A DNA stretch of 64,000 nucleotides from Ignavibacteria bacterium (GTDB lineage Bacteria; Bacteroidota; Ignavibacteria; Kapaibacteriales; UBA961), in contig JADJXV010000002.1 of NCBI GenBank assembly GCA_016720145.1, positions 152,279 to 216,278 on the forward strand. Reading direction: 5' to 3'. Of the stretch, positions 31,271 through 40,527 are shown piece by piece (positions within the stretch are counted from its first letter, which is position 1; each line of letters opens with the position of its first letter). The translations under genes were made by a program, and so were the position numbers. Under the pieces are notes generated by a model. It was given only the letters and a program-made list of their open reading frames with translations. It did no database searches and was not told the DNA's origin.

Positions 31271-32824
31271 ATGGGAATGTTACTTGTTACTCTTTTTCTT
31301 CCTTTAATCGGCTTTTTAGCGACACTTTTTATCGATAAAGAGGAGTCGAAAGGAATTAAATATACGGCGCTCGGTGTTTCATTGATGACGTTTTTTGCGT
31401 CGCTGTTTTTGTATTTTGGGTTCGACCATACGAATTCCGGCTATCAATTTGTGCTCAACCAAGTTTGGATACCGACCTTTGACGCAGGCTTCAGGATCGG
31501 CGCCGATGGTATGTCGCTTTTGATGATACTCCTTACCACCTTCATCACGCCGATTGCGATATTATGTTCCTTCGGGTCTATCCAAAAACGTGAAAAAGAA
31601 TATTATGCCTGGATGCTGATGCTCCAATTCGGAATGCTTGGTGTGTTTGTGGCTATGGATACGTTCTTATTCTATGTATTTTGGGAACTTATCCTCATCC
31701 CAATGTATTTCCTGATTGGTATTTGGGGCGGAAAAGATCGTATTTATGCGGCGGTGAAATTCTTCCTTTACACACTGGTCGGTTCACTCCTGATGCTGAT
31801 CGCCATTGTCTGGCTTGGAATTTACGCGCAAGGTATGGCAGGCGGACACTTTACGGCTGATTTACTCAAGCTCCGTGAAATTGCTCCCACGATTCCCTTC
31901 GAAACTCAAAAATGGCTTTTCCTTGCATTTGCCCTTTCCTTCTGTATTAAAGTTCCGCTCTTTCCTTTCCATACCTGGCTTCCCGATGCGCACGTGCAGG
32001 CTCCCACTGCCGGTTCGGTAATTCTCGCCGGTGTGCTCCTTAAAATGGGTACCTACGGGTTGATTCGCTTCAACTTAGAACTCTTTCCGCAGTCGATGTT
32101 TGAGTATGCTACGCCCATTGCATGGCTGGCGGTGATTGGTATCATTTACGGCGCCCTCGTGGCGATGGTGCAGACGGATGTGAAAAAATTAGTCGCCTAT
32201 TCCTCGGTGAGCCACTTGGGTTTTGTGGTGCTCGGAATTTGCTCGATGACGCCGGAAGGCATTCAAGGCGCGATTATTCAAATGGTCAATCACGGACTCT
32301 CGACAGGTATGCTCTTCCTTTGTGTCGGTGTCCTGTACGAACGTCGTCATACGCGGGAAATATCTGAATTTGGTGGAATTACAAAGGTGATGCCGAAATT
32401 CGCCGTTCTCTTTACGATAGCCATGCTCGCCTCTGTCGGTCTGCCGATGCTTAATGGATTTGTGGGTGAATACTTGACGCTTCTCGGCGCATTTATCTCA
32501 CCATTCTTGAATAATCCTTGGCTGAGCATTATCAGCGCAACGGGTGTGATTTTCGCGGCGGTGTATTTGCTATGGATGTTCCAACGGGTGATGTTCGGCA
32601 CGAATGACAATCCGAAGAACCACGGACTCAAAGACTTAACAACATCGGAATACTGGCAGCTTGTGCCGATTGCAATATTAATTGTCTGGCTCGGCGTTTA
32701 TCCAAAAACATTCATGGTCATTTCCGAACAGTCCACACAGGCATTGGTCGGTAAATTAGAAAAGATCAAATTCGGCAAAACGAATTATCCGCTGATTGAG
32801 AAGAAAGAACAAGCGCTGAAGTAA
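31271..32824 (+). CDS. nuoM: NADH-quinone oxidoreductase subunit M
   Basis: It is 517 aa with NuoM/antiporter-like blocks. Confidence 0.9.
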   Translation: MGMLLVTLFLPLIGFLATLFIDKEESKGIKYTALGVSLMTFFASLFLYFGFDHTNSGYQFVLNQVWIPTFDAGFRIGADGMSLLMILLTTFITPIAILCSFGSIQKREKEYYAWMLMLQFGMLGVFVAMDTFLFYVFWELILIPMYFLIGIWGGKDRIYAAVKFFLYTLVGSLLMLIAIVWLGIYAQGMAGGHFTADLLKLREIAPTIPFETQKWLFLAFALSFCIKVPLFPFHTWLPDAHVQAPTAGSVILAGVLLKMGTYGLIRFNLELFPQSMFEYATPIAWLAVIGIIYGALVAMVQTDVKKLVAYSSVSHLGFVVLGICSMTPEGIQGAIIQMVNHGLSTGMLFLCVGVLYERRHTREISEFGGITKVMPKFAVLFTIAMLASVGLPMLNGFVGEYLTLLGAFISPFLNNPWLSIISATGVIFAAVYLLWMFQRVMFGTNDNPKNHGLKDLTTSEYWQLVPIAILIVWLGVYPKTFMVISEQSTQALVGKLEKIKFGKTNYPLIEKKEQALK

Positions 32825-32831
32825 GTGATAT
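32743..32831. repeat. Direct repeat copy 1. It is the last roughly 27 codons of nuoM plus its stop.
   Basis: Copy 1 is about 92% identical over 89 nt to 33321..33409 by manual alignment (7 mismatches). Confidence 0.8.
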
Positions 32832-32874
32832 TAGCAATTAAAACAATTCTATCTTTATTTATAATCAAAATGTT

Positions 32875-33075
32875 ATGAATTTTCAAGTTGTAATTGAAGA
32901 AGATGAATCCGGTTACTTCGTCGTTGAAGTTCCGGCTCTATCCGGATGTTTTTCTCTGGAAAAATCAATTGAAGAAGCATCTGTAAATATAAAAGAAGCT
33001 ATTATTGGTTGGCTGTCGGTGATGAATGATAGAGCAAAGAAAAGTAAAATGCGGACAATTGAGGTGGCGGTTTGA
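32875..33075 (+). CDS. HicB-like / UPF0150-family antitoxin, short form. It is an orphan, with no HicA seen.
   Basis: The sequence MNFQVVIEEDESGYFVVEVPALSGCFSLEKSIEEASVNIKEAII fits the HicB N-domain pattern (x-DEDGGY-x-VPDLPGC-x-G-T-EEA-NIKEAI). Confidence 0.6.
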   Translation: MNFQVVIEEDESGYFVVEVPALSGCFSLEKSIEEASVNIKEAIIGWLSVMNDRAKKSKMRTIEVAV

Positions 33076-33320
33076 GCCAGCAATTGATACTATGTTCCGG
33101 GCTGAAAGCATCTAAGAAATTTCAGAGACGGTTGGCAGGTTGATAGGCAAGTCGGTTCTCATCTTATGCTTGTGAAAGATGGATTTCCTTATACATTATC
33201 AATTCCTCTGTATAAAGAATTAGGAATCGGAATTCTAAAAAAACTCGTAAATCTATCAGGGCTAACTAACGAAGAATTTAATAATTTGTGAGTCATCTAT
33301 AAGTACTATAATCAACTAAG

Positions 33321-33409
33321 CGTTGGTCGGCAAATTAGAAAAAATCAAATTCGGTAAAACGAATTACCCGCTGCTTGAGAAGAAAGAACAAGCGTCGAAG
33401 TAAGTGATA
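33321..33409. repeat. Direct repeat copy 2, a displaced and diverged duplicate of the nuoM 3' tail. It still encodes *ALVGKLEKIKFGKTNYPLLEKKEQASK*.
   Basis: It begins exactly at an in-frame TAA, so it is not part of any ORF. The differences from copy 1 are mostly synonymous. Confidence 0.8.
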
Positions 33410-33472
33410 AGGGCGAAGTAACACGTTGGTAATCTTGCTATTACAACAAAACTCATTCCGTACAATTCTGCC

Positions 33473-35323
33473 TTGTGCATGAAAAAACAACTACCATATT
33501 CGCTGTCGATTGTTCTCTGTTTCCTCTGGGTGTATTCCGGCTATAGCCAAGCGCCGAAGCCACTGCAGCTTGGAGTGAATCTCGATGACAACGGCGCATT
33601 TGTAAATATGGTCAATCATACTAATCGCTATAATAAAGCATCAGGTTATGATAAGAATGGTTGGCCGACAAGCGACTTTGATCTGACGCTCCTCGACGGA
33701 CGTCCGGCGACAGAATGGACGAATTCCATCGACGATCCGGAGAAATACAGAATCGACTATAGCGGCAGATATGCGGGGAGTTTTGTTGGGTCGGCGACGT
33801 TTCGTGCAACGGGCACAAGCGTTTCGATTGAGAATCTGATGTACGATTCTCTCAAAAACACGACACAATTTGAGCTTGTCGTAGGCGGCTATCCTAATGC
33901 GAATCATGCACTTGTGTTTTTGGGCTTTACGAATACCCGGCGCACGGCACAGGATACGCTCCGCTCCGGTATTACAGAACTTAAAGTACTGCGCCCCGGA
34001 TATGCGATTACTACCAATAAAGTATTTACCGACGAATATATTGCGCTCTGTAAGGCGGCTGATTTTGCTGCGTACCGATACTACAATGTACAGAATATTT
34101 GGGATGGTGAGCCGACGTATCCTGCTAGAACTACATGGGATAAGCGCAAAACACCACAGGATGCTTCGCAGCGAACATTAGCCGGAATCAATGGCAAGCG
34201 CGATGGATGGTGTTGGGAATATATCATCGAATTAGCAAATATTTTGAATAAAGATATCTGGGTGTGTCTGCACATGTCCTGCGACTCAGGATACGTAACG
34301 AGTCTCGCTCAGATGCTCAAGGAAAAGCTTAATCCGGGAATCAATATTTATGTCGAAAACAGCAATGAAGTGTGGAGTCCTACTCAATTGACTCATGGAC
34401 CATACAATCAAGCCGAGGCAACATTCAATAAAATTACTTTTGATGAAAATTATGCCCGACGTTCGGTCGAATTATCAAAATGGTTCGCCCTCGTCTATGG
34501 TCAGCAGGAAATTAACAACAAAATCAGAGTAATTCTCGCAGGACAACACGCATATAACGGCAGGAGTGACAATCACTTAAATTATATCAAGAAAGTTTTT
34601 GGCGCTCCAAAAGATTTTATTTATGCCACAAGTACAGCTTTATATTTCGGCTCAACGAAAGAATCGAATCCCGACCCACGGGTGGTTAATCAGGGAATGG
34701 CAGAGGATATTACGGCGCAGATATCGAACGCACAGAGCGGTTTTTACCGGCTCAATCATATCTCCAAAGCGAAGAACTGGGAATTAAAAGGTGGAGTCAC
34801 ATCGTATGAGGGTGGACCACACATGCCATCCGGTGGTGGTACAGTGAATCTCGCGAGTCAGATTTTGTCGCATCGGACTGAAGAGATGGGAGCAATTACG
34901 AAGCTTAATTATTCAGAAGGTTGGCAGGCGCTTGGTGGTGGTCTTGCGATGTATTTCACGCTTACGTCTGCGTATAACCGCTATGGTTGCTGGGGAATTA
35001 CCGACGATTATACCAAGCCGGACAGAAATTTTAAAATGAAGGCGCTCCGTGAGTTGACAGCGCCGCCGATTGGAGTGAGTGAAGAGGTACCTCAGGAACA
35101 GAATGTAACGATTGGCTACGACTCCAAGAACCAAACAGTGCATATTCAGACACTTACTTCGACGCCTACCATAGCAATATACTCTGTACTCGGAGAAGTA
35201 GTGATGCGTTCGGCCAGCTCAGTAGCATCAGTACGAACATTACCGAGAGGACTCTATACGGTGGTCGTACAAACGGACAATGGGCAGCAATTCGTAAAGA
35301 GTATTCTTCATGGTGGAGAATGA
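33473..35323 (+). CDS. Secreted putative glycoside hydrolase (TIM-barrel-like, NE motif) with a T9SS type-A C-terminal sorting domain
   Basis: It has a signal peptide. ...NIYVENSNEVW... is a candidate catalytic acid/base motif. The C-terminus ...TIAIYSVLGEVVMRS...LPRGLYTVVVQTDNGQQFVKSILH fits a T9SS CTD. Confidence 0.5.
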   Translation: MCMKKQLPYSLSIVLCFLWVYSGYSQAPKPLQLGVNLDDNGAFVNMVNHTNRYNKASGYDKNGWPTSDFDLTLLDGRPATEWTNSIDDPEKYRIDYSGRYAGSFVGSATFRATGTSVSIENLMYDSLKNTTQFELVVGGYPNANHALVFLGFTNTRRTAQDTLRSGITELKVLRPGYAITTNKVFTDEYIALCKAADFAAYRYYNVQNIWDGEPTYPARTTWDKRKTPQDASQRTLAGINGKRDGWCWEYIIELANILNKDIWVCLHMSCDSGYVTSLAQMLKEKLNPGINIYVENSNEVWSPTQLTHGPYNQAEATFNKITFDENYARRSVELSKWFALVYGQQEINNKIRVILAGQHAYNGRSDNHLNYIKKVFGAPKDFIYATSTALYFGSTKESNPDPRVVNQGMAEDITAQISNAQSGFYRLNHISKAKNWELKGGVTSYEGGPHMPSGGGTVNLASQILSHRTEEMGAITKLNYSEGWQALGGGLAMYFTLTSAYNRYGCWGITDDYTKPDRNFKMKALRELTAPPIGVSEEVPQEQNVTIGYDSKNQTVHIQTLTSTPTIAIYSVLGEVVMRSASSVASVRTLPRGLYTVVVQTDNGQQFVKSILHGGE

Positions 35324-35419
35324 TTTTTTAATACATAAGTCATTGAAAATATGACTTGTACAGTATTTATGCAGCATTAATTTTAAAAATTTACTTTAGA
35401 ATTTAGACGGAGAACAATA

Positions 35420-35683
35420 ATGGGTTTTATCAAGAATTTTTTTGCAAAACAGCATAAATGGGTGTTGAATGGACACGACAAAACCGACCAATGGAAATCA
35501 GTCAAAGTCGGTGATACAGTTGAATTTGCGATGACCATGACCGAAGGCGTGACCTATTCTGTCGAGTCGATTAATCAGGAAGCTGCAGAAGCGAAAATTC
35601 GCAGACGCACATCAGATGGGTCTAATGGAGAAGCGTACACGGTGGGCTTGGTAATGCTCCGTCCTATTGCTATCACAAAATAA
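35420..35683 (+). CDS. Hypothetical small protein (87 aa)
   Basis: An RBS-like ggagaacaataATG precedes it. No recognisable domain. Confidence 0.35.
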   Translation: MGFIKNFFAKQHKWVLNGHDKTDQWKSVKVGDTVEFAMTMTEGVTYSVESINQEAAEAKIRRRTSDGSNGEAYTVGLVMLRPIAITK

Positions 35684-35731
35684 CATACAGCTAATTACTT
35701 AGAATATCAAAGACTTTTTAACGGAACTCAC

Positions 35732-37234
35732 ATGCATCCAGATTTCCTCCTTTCGGCTCCATTACTGTTTCTTTCCATCATGGCGACCACCTTGATGGTC
35801 GTAGATGCTTTAATCAAAAAGAGCACAAAAATTACCTTTACCATTAGTTGGGTGACTCTACTAGTGACGGCAATCCTTTCTGCGCTTACCCTCAGTCAAA
35901 GCGGTACTGCGTTCAATGGTATGATTACCCTTGGAAGCTTTGGAGCATTTTTCGATATATTGTTTTGCGGTGCAGGAGTGCTGACTTTGCTGGCAGCGCG
36001 ACCGTTTATGCAGCGCGAAGGACTAGAACAGAATGAATTTCATTCTCTATTACTTTTTGCAATTAGCGGGATGATGCTGATAGCACATGCAAATAATTTA
36101 TTGACTTTGTTCATTGGAATAGAAGTGATGTCTGTTTGTTTTTATGTACTTGCCGGATATACACGTTCGTCCGTTCGCTCCGTCGAGGCGTCCCTAAAGT
36201 ATTTTCTTTTAGGCGCATTTGCTACCGGTTTTTTAGTCTATGGCATGGCATTAATTTATGGTGCGACTGGCAGTATGAATTACAATGAAATTTTTGCTGC
36301 TGCCGGACAACCTCTTCGATTTCCATCACTTATGATGATTGGGATAGGATTGCTTATTATTGGCTTGAGTTTTAAAGCGGCTGCATTTCCCTTTCATCAA
36401 TGGGCTCCGGATGTGTATCAGGGGGCACCAACTGTTGTGACTGCTTTTATGAGTACAGCCGGTAAAATAGCTGCCTTCTCTGCATTTCTGCCAATAGTTG
36501 CTATCGTATCACCTGCCGGTGGTACCAAGCTTCAATTAGTGCTTGCCGTTCTTGCTGCTACTACCATGCTTGTCGGGAATATCAGCGCGCTTGTACAATC
36601 AAATATTAAGCGTATGCTTGCCTATTCTTCGGTAGCTCATGCAGGTTATTTGATGATGGGTTTGGTGGCAGAGTCAACTATGGCTTTTCCTGAAACAAAT
36701 CTCCAGCATCTTTCATTCAACAATTCATTAAATGGTATTCAGTATTATCTAACTGCTTATTTATTTATGCAGCTTGGAGCATTTGTAGTTGTATCGATTC
36801 TGGAGAAAAATGGTGAGAAGAACCTCGAACTAAGTGATTATGCAGGGCTCAGTAAACGCCATCCGATGCTCGCTGCTTTGATGTCTATGTTTATGCTTTC
36901 CCTTGCAGGTATTCCACCTTTTGCAGGATTCTTTGGAAAGTATTATCTGTTTGTCGCAACGATCGAGGCCGGCTATACATGGCTCACCATTATTGCTGTT
37001 CTCTCTTCTATCATATCTGTTTATTTCTATATTGGTTTAATTGTAAAAATGTATTTTACCGACTCAGTTGAGGATAATCAGCCGGTGAGTGAAACGGGAA
37101 TTGCATCAATTTCACTAGTTTTTTCTTCTGTGGCAATTGTCGTACTTGGACTATTTCCTCCTGGATTATTCGAAAAATTGGCACATGTTTCTGATTCTAT
37201 TATAGCTACGTTCAAGATGATATTTGGGCATTAA
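35732..37234 (+). CDS. nuoN: NADH-quinone oxidoreductase subunit N
   Basis: It is a 500 aa polytopic NuoN-like protein. Confidence 0.9.
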   Translation: MHPDFLLSAPLLFLSIMATTLMVVDALIKKSTKITFTISWVTLLVTAILSALTLSQSGTAFNGMITLGSFGAFFDILFCGAGVLTLLAARPFMQREGLEQNEFHSLLLFAISGMMLIAHANNLLTLFIGIEVMSVCFYVLAGYTRSSVRSVEASLKYFLLGAFATGFLVYGMALIYGATGSMNYNEIFAAAGQPLRFPSLMMIGIGLLIIGLSFKAAAFPFHQWAPDVYQGAPTVVTAFMSTAGKIAAFSAFLPIVAIVSPAGGTKLQLVLAVLAATTMLVGNISALVQSNIKRMLAYSSVAHAGYLMMGLVAESTMAFPETNLQHLSFNNSLNGIQYYLTAYLFMQLGAFVVVSILEKNGEKNLELSDYAGLSKRHPMLAALMSMFMLSLAGIPPFAGFFGKYYLFVATIEAGYTWLTIIAVLSSIISVYFYIGLIVKMYFTDSVEDNQPVSETGIASISLVFSSVAIVVLGLFPPGLFEKLAHVSDSIIATFKMIFGH

Positions 37235-37269
37235 ATTCAGAAAACCTTCGCAAGAGGATATATCAATTT

Positions 37270-39594
37270 TTGAATATCATGAAGCATGGAATTACTCTCA
37301 TTTTTCTGATTTTATTGGCTGTAACGACGGCGTTTGCACAGCCGAAAGGTGAGATATTTTATACAAATGATTTTGGTATCCGCTCTGATACTATTGACTT
37401 TGGAATAGTTCTGTTTAAAAATTCAACACCTGTCAAGCGTGCAGTTACACTGAAAAATACCGGGAATGTACCACTTCAAATTGCAGAAAATCTTTATCCT
37501 CATTTCGCTGTTCAAAAAATCAATCCCGCTACCACAGAATTTACCGAATTTGATTATCTGCGTCCTTTCCAATTTCCATTTCGTATTGAGAACGCTTCGA
37601 CAGACTCGATGTATATCGCCTATACGCCGACAATTGATACCGTACAGACCATTCATCCACTTGGAGAAAGAAGTGCAAAGCTCACCATGCAGCTCACACG
37701 ATTTGGTGACACTTCACAAATCGCTACGTTGAAAGATTTTTTTACATTAACTGTACTCAAAACAAAAGATTATATCGCTTCCCGCACCCAAGCTCTTAAT
37801 TTCGATTCTGTTTATATTGGTGCTATTGCCCCTGTGCAGCGAGAGTGGTTACTCCAGAATGTATCGGACTCGGTCGTTACGATATCCACTCAGAATATGA
37901 TATCGCTTACGACAAGATTCAAACAAGAATTTTTCCCACCGATCAATTCTCAGCCACCTTATAATTTTATTCCGAACGATAAATTTCCAATTTCTCTGCG
38001 ATTCAGTCCGCAGGATCCGGGACTTAGTATCGCACGCTATTCCCTGAACTACTCACCAAATATTGATAATCAATCTGATTCTACATCTGTGCTGTTGAGA
38101 GGTATTGGTGTAGAACAAAGAATCGATATTGATAACAAAACGACTGCAATTCCCGGTTCGGCAGTGATTAGTTCTCAAAATGCTATTACCATTAGCAGCA
38201 CCCGTATCGGTGACTCAATTCTCCTCACTTTTGTCATTCGAAATAATGGGAATATTCCATTCGGAATGCTTGGTCAATACTTAGAAGGCGATACTAATCA
38301 ATTTTATATCCTTAAAAAATTCCGTGATAACAAGCATTTACATCCAAAAGTATTTCCTAATGACGAGGGTGAAATCGATACTGCACTTGTTGTTTTCAAG
38401 CCATCACTTCCCGGTAATTTTTCTGTGCAATATATCATGGAAAGTGACATACGATCACGAATTGCAAGCGCTCCGGACTCGGTGAAACGTCGCATAGTCT
38501 CAATTATAGCCAAAGCAGCCAAGCCGTCATTGGCACTCTTAAATGTGACTAATTTCACCATAAATTTTGGTGAAGTATTGCTTCCGTTTGATAAAAGCTG
38601 CAACGCGCCACGTCTGCCATTTACTCTTAGGATGCAGAATATAGGATCATCATCGCTGCGACTGCGGACTGCTATACTTCGACCTACTAAAGGATTTGAA
38701 GTAGATACTCCGGATGCAGAGATTGGTGCAAACCAAGAAAGTTCGTTAATTATTACCTTTGTACCTGATTCTGTGGGAGATTTTACTTCTGAATTACTCA
38801 TCCCTACCAATTCCACTGATAGCTCGAATGAGCAGAGTGATACAATCCGAGTTAGTCTTGTTGCAAAAGCAATTTCTCCACCTCAAATTGTCCTGTCTGT
38901 CCCGAAAAATATATCAGCAAGAGCTGGTAGAACAGTCTGTTTGCCTATTATTTGCAGCGATTCTATATTTCTTGCTACTTCCTTGCAAGCTACTGTAATT
39001 ATTGAGGATACGCTCGGGCTTCTTTTTGTTGACGACTCAATACTCGGTACCGCCTCAGAGGGAGCTCAGGTATCAGCACAGCAAGCCGGCAATATAATTT
39101 CTATCACGATCAATACACCTGTTGGTCGCCAATTCTACCCAAAAGACACCCTTATATGCCTAATGTTCCGTACTTTTCTGAGTCCATTATCAGTTTCTGC
39201 CGTTACATTCGGTTCTGTAAAAATCGGAAGGAATCTCTGTGCGAATGCATTTCCTACTCAACCACAAAACGGAACATTTAGTTTGGATTCTGTCTGCGGA
39301 CAGGCATATCGAGAGATTGTGGGAGCGGGAAATGGATTTAATTTAGAACGAATAGCACCTAATCCTTCTAATGAATTAGTCATTCTTGAATATTCTATAC
39401 CATTTGCAGCACAGGCAAGCATTTCGCTTTATACCTCATTTGGCAAAGAAGTCACCAAAATTGAAGATGGTATTCTATCGCCGGGCATCTATCAGTCTGC
39501 TATTTCTACAGCAGATCTGGCTCCAGGCATGTATTTCTGCGTATTGCAGTCAGGTCTATTCAGACAAATGCAACCTATTGTTGTACAAAGATGA
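37270..39594 (+). CDS. Large secreted hypothetical protein with a T9SS type-A C-terminal sorting domain
   Basis: It has a signal peptide. The C-terminus ...LVILEYSIPF...SISLYTSFGKEVTKIE...GMYFCVLQSG...QPIVVQR fits a T9SS CTD. Confidence 0.55.
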   Translation: MNIMKHGITLIFLILLAVTTAFAQPKGEIFYTNDFGIRSDTIDFGIVLFKNSTPVKRAVTLKNTGNVPLQIAENLYPHFAVQKINPATTEFTEFDYLRPFQFPFRIENASTDSMYIAYTPTIDTVQTIHPLGERSAKLTMQLTRFGDTSQIATLKDFFTLTVLKTKDYIASRTQALNFDSVYIGAIAPVQREWLLQNVSDSVVTISTQNMISLTTRFKQEFFPPINSQPPYNFIPNDKFPISLRFSPQDPGLSIARYSLNYSPNIDNQSDSTSVLLRGIGVEQRIDIDNKTTAIPGSAVISSQNAITISSTRIGDSILLTFVIRNNGNIPFGMLGQYLEGDTNQFYILKKFRDNKHLHPKVFPNDEGEIDTALVVFKPSLPGNFSVQYIMESDIRSRIASAPDSVKRRIVSIIAKAAKPSLALLNVTNFTINFGEVLLPFDKSCNAPRLPFTLRMQNIGSSSLRLRTAILRPTKGFEVDTPDAEIGANQESSLIITFVPDSVGDFTSELLIPTNSTDSSNEQSDTIRVSLVAKAISPPQIVLSVPKNISARAGRTVCLPIICSDSIFLATSLQATVIIEDTLGLLFVDDSILGTASEGAQVSAQQAGNIISITINTPVGRQFYPKDTLICLMFRTFLSPLSVSAVTFGSVKIGRNLCANAFPTQPQNGTFSLDSVCGQAYREIVGAGNGFNLERIAPNPSNELVILEYSIPFAAQASISLYTSFGKEVTKIEDGILSPGIYQSAISTADLAPGMYFCVLQSGLFRQMQPIVVQR

Positions 39595-40379
39595 TACAAA
39601 GAATCATGCACCACGGCTCTATTGGTAAAATACTCACTTTTGTTGGTATTTTTATACTTGTATTATCTCAGAATTCTTTCGCTCAGGGTTTTGATTGGCA
39701 GTATTCTTCTCGATTACCGAGTCCGTATCCACGTCTATTTTTGGGTGGTTCTATCAGTGGAATTTATGCGTTTCATACAGCGGATATTTATTCACTCGGC
39801 GAGGAATACCGTTGCGGCGATTACAAAAAAGGAATCGAAACAGGTATGACATTCTCAGGAGTGGGTGAGTATTGGGTAACGGGTATGGTCGCAGTTCAAG
39901 GAATGATTGGATACAAAACTTCGACTACTCGTTTCACGGCCGAGACAGAACCCGAACCTTTTCGTCGTAATGGAGAAGAATTTGAATTAATACGTGAATT
40001 TGCCATGGATGTTTATCAAAAAGTGCTTTCTATCGAAGCTGTTGTAAAATATAGAATTGAGCGTACACATGCACATCTTGGGGTTGGAATAAAGACTGAT
40101 TTTGTCCTTGCATCCACCGCCGAACAAACAGAGACCATCCTATCACCTGTGGAATTCACACAATCCATAAAAGATCCAAATGGAATTCAACCGTTGAACG
40201 GATTCCAAGGATTACTTTTATCACCTCTTATTTCTGCCGGCTATGATGCCGAGCTAGGCAAAGGTTTCTATGCGACTCCGCGTATTTCTATAAGTCTCCC
40301 GTTGATGAACAAAACTTCGGCAGCAGATTGGACTTCGATTGATATTTCTGGTGGTATCTCTATCTTACTTAGTTTTTAA
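39591..40379 (+). CDS. Hypothetical outer-membrane beta-barrel-like protein. It overlaps the upstream gene by 4 nt (ATGA), so they are likely co-transcribed.
   Basis: It has a signal peptide. Alternating hydrophobic beta-strand patterns are present, with aromatic residues at the C-terminus (ILLSF). Confidence 0.45.
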   Translation: MIQRIMHHGSIGKILTFVGIFILVLSQNSFAQGFDWQYSSRLPSPYPRLFLGGSISGIYAFHTADIYSLGEEYRCGDYKKGIETGMTFSGVGEYWVTGMVAVQGMIGYKTSTTRFTAETEPEPFRRNGEEFELIREFAMDVYQKVLSIEAVVKYRIERTHAHLGVGIKTDFVLASTAEQTETILSPVEFTQSIKDPNGIQPLNGFQGLLLSPLISAGYDAELGKGFYATPRISISLPLMNKTSAADWTSIDISGGISILLSF

Positions 40380-40527
40380 ACCAAGAAGCACTTTATTTTT
40401 ACAAATTTTACAAACAACTAATATTTTTAGCCCAAAGCAAATATTTTATAGTATTTTTGGCGTGAAATTTATCTGAAACAATATTATTTTCTATTATTAC
40501 TTATTTATAACTAAAGGAGTTAGTCCA

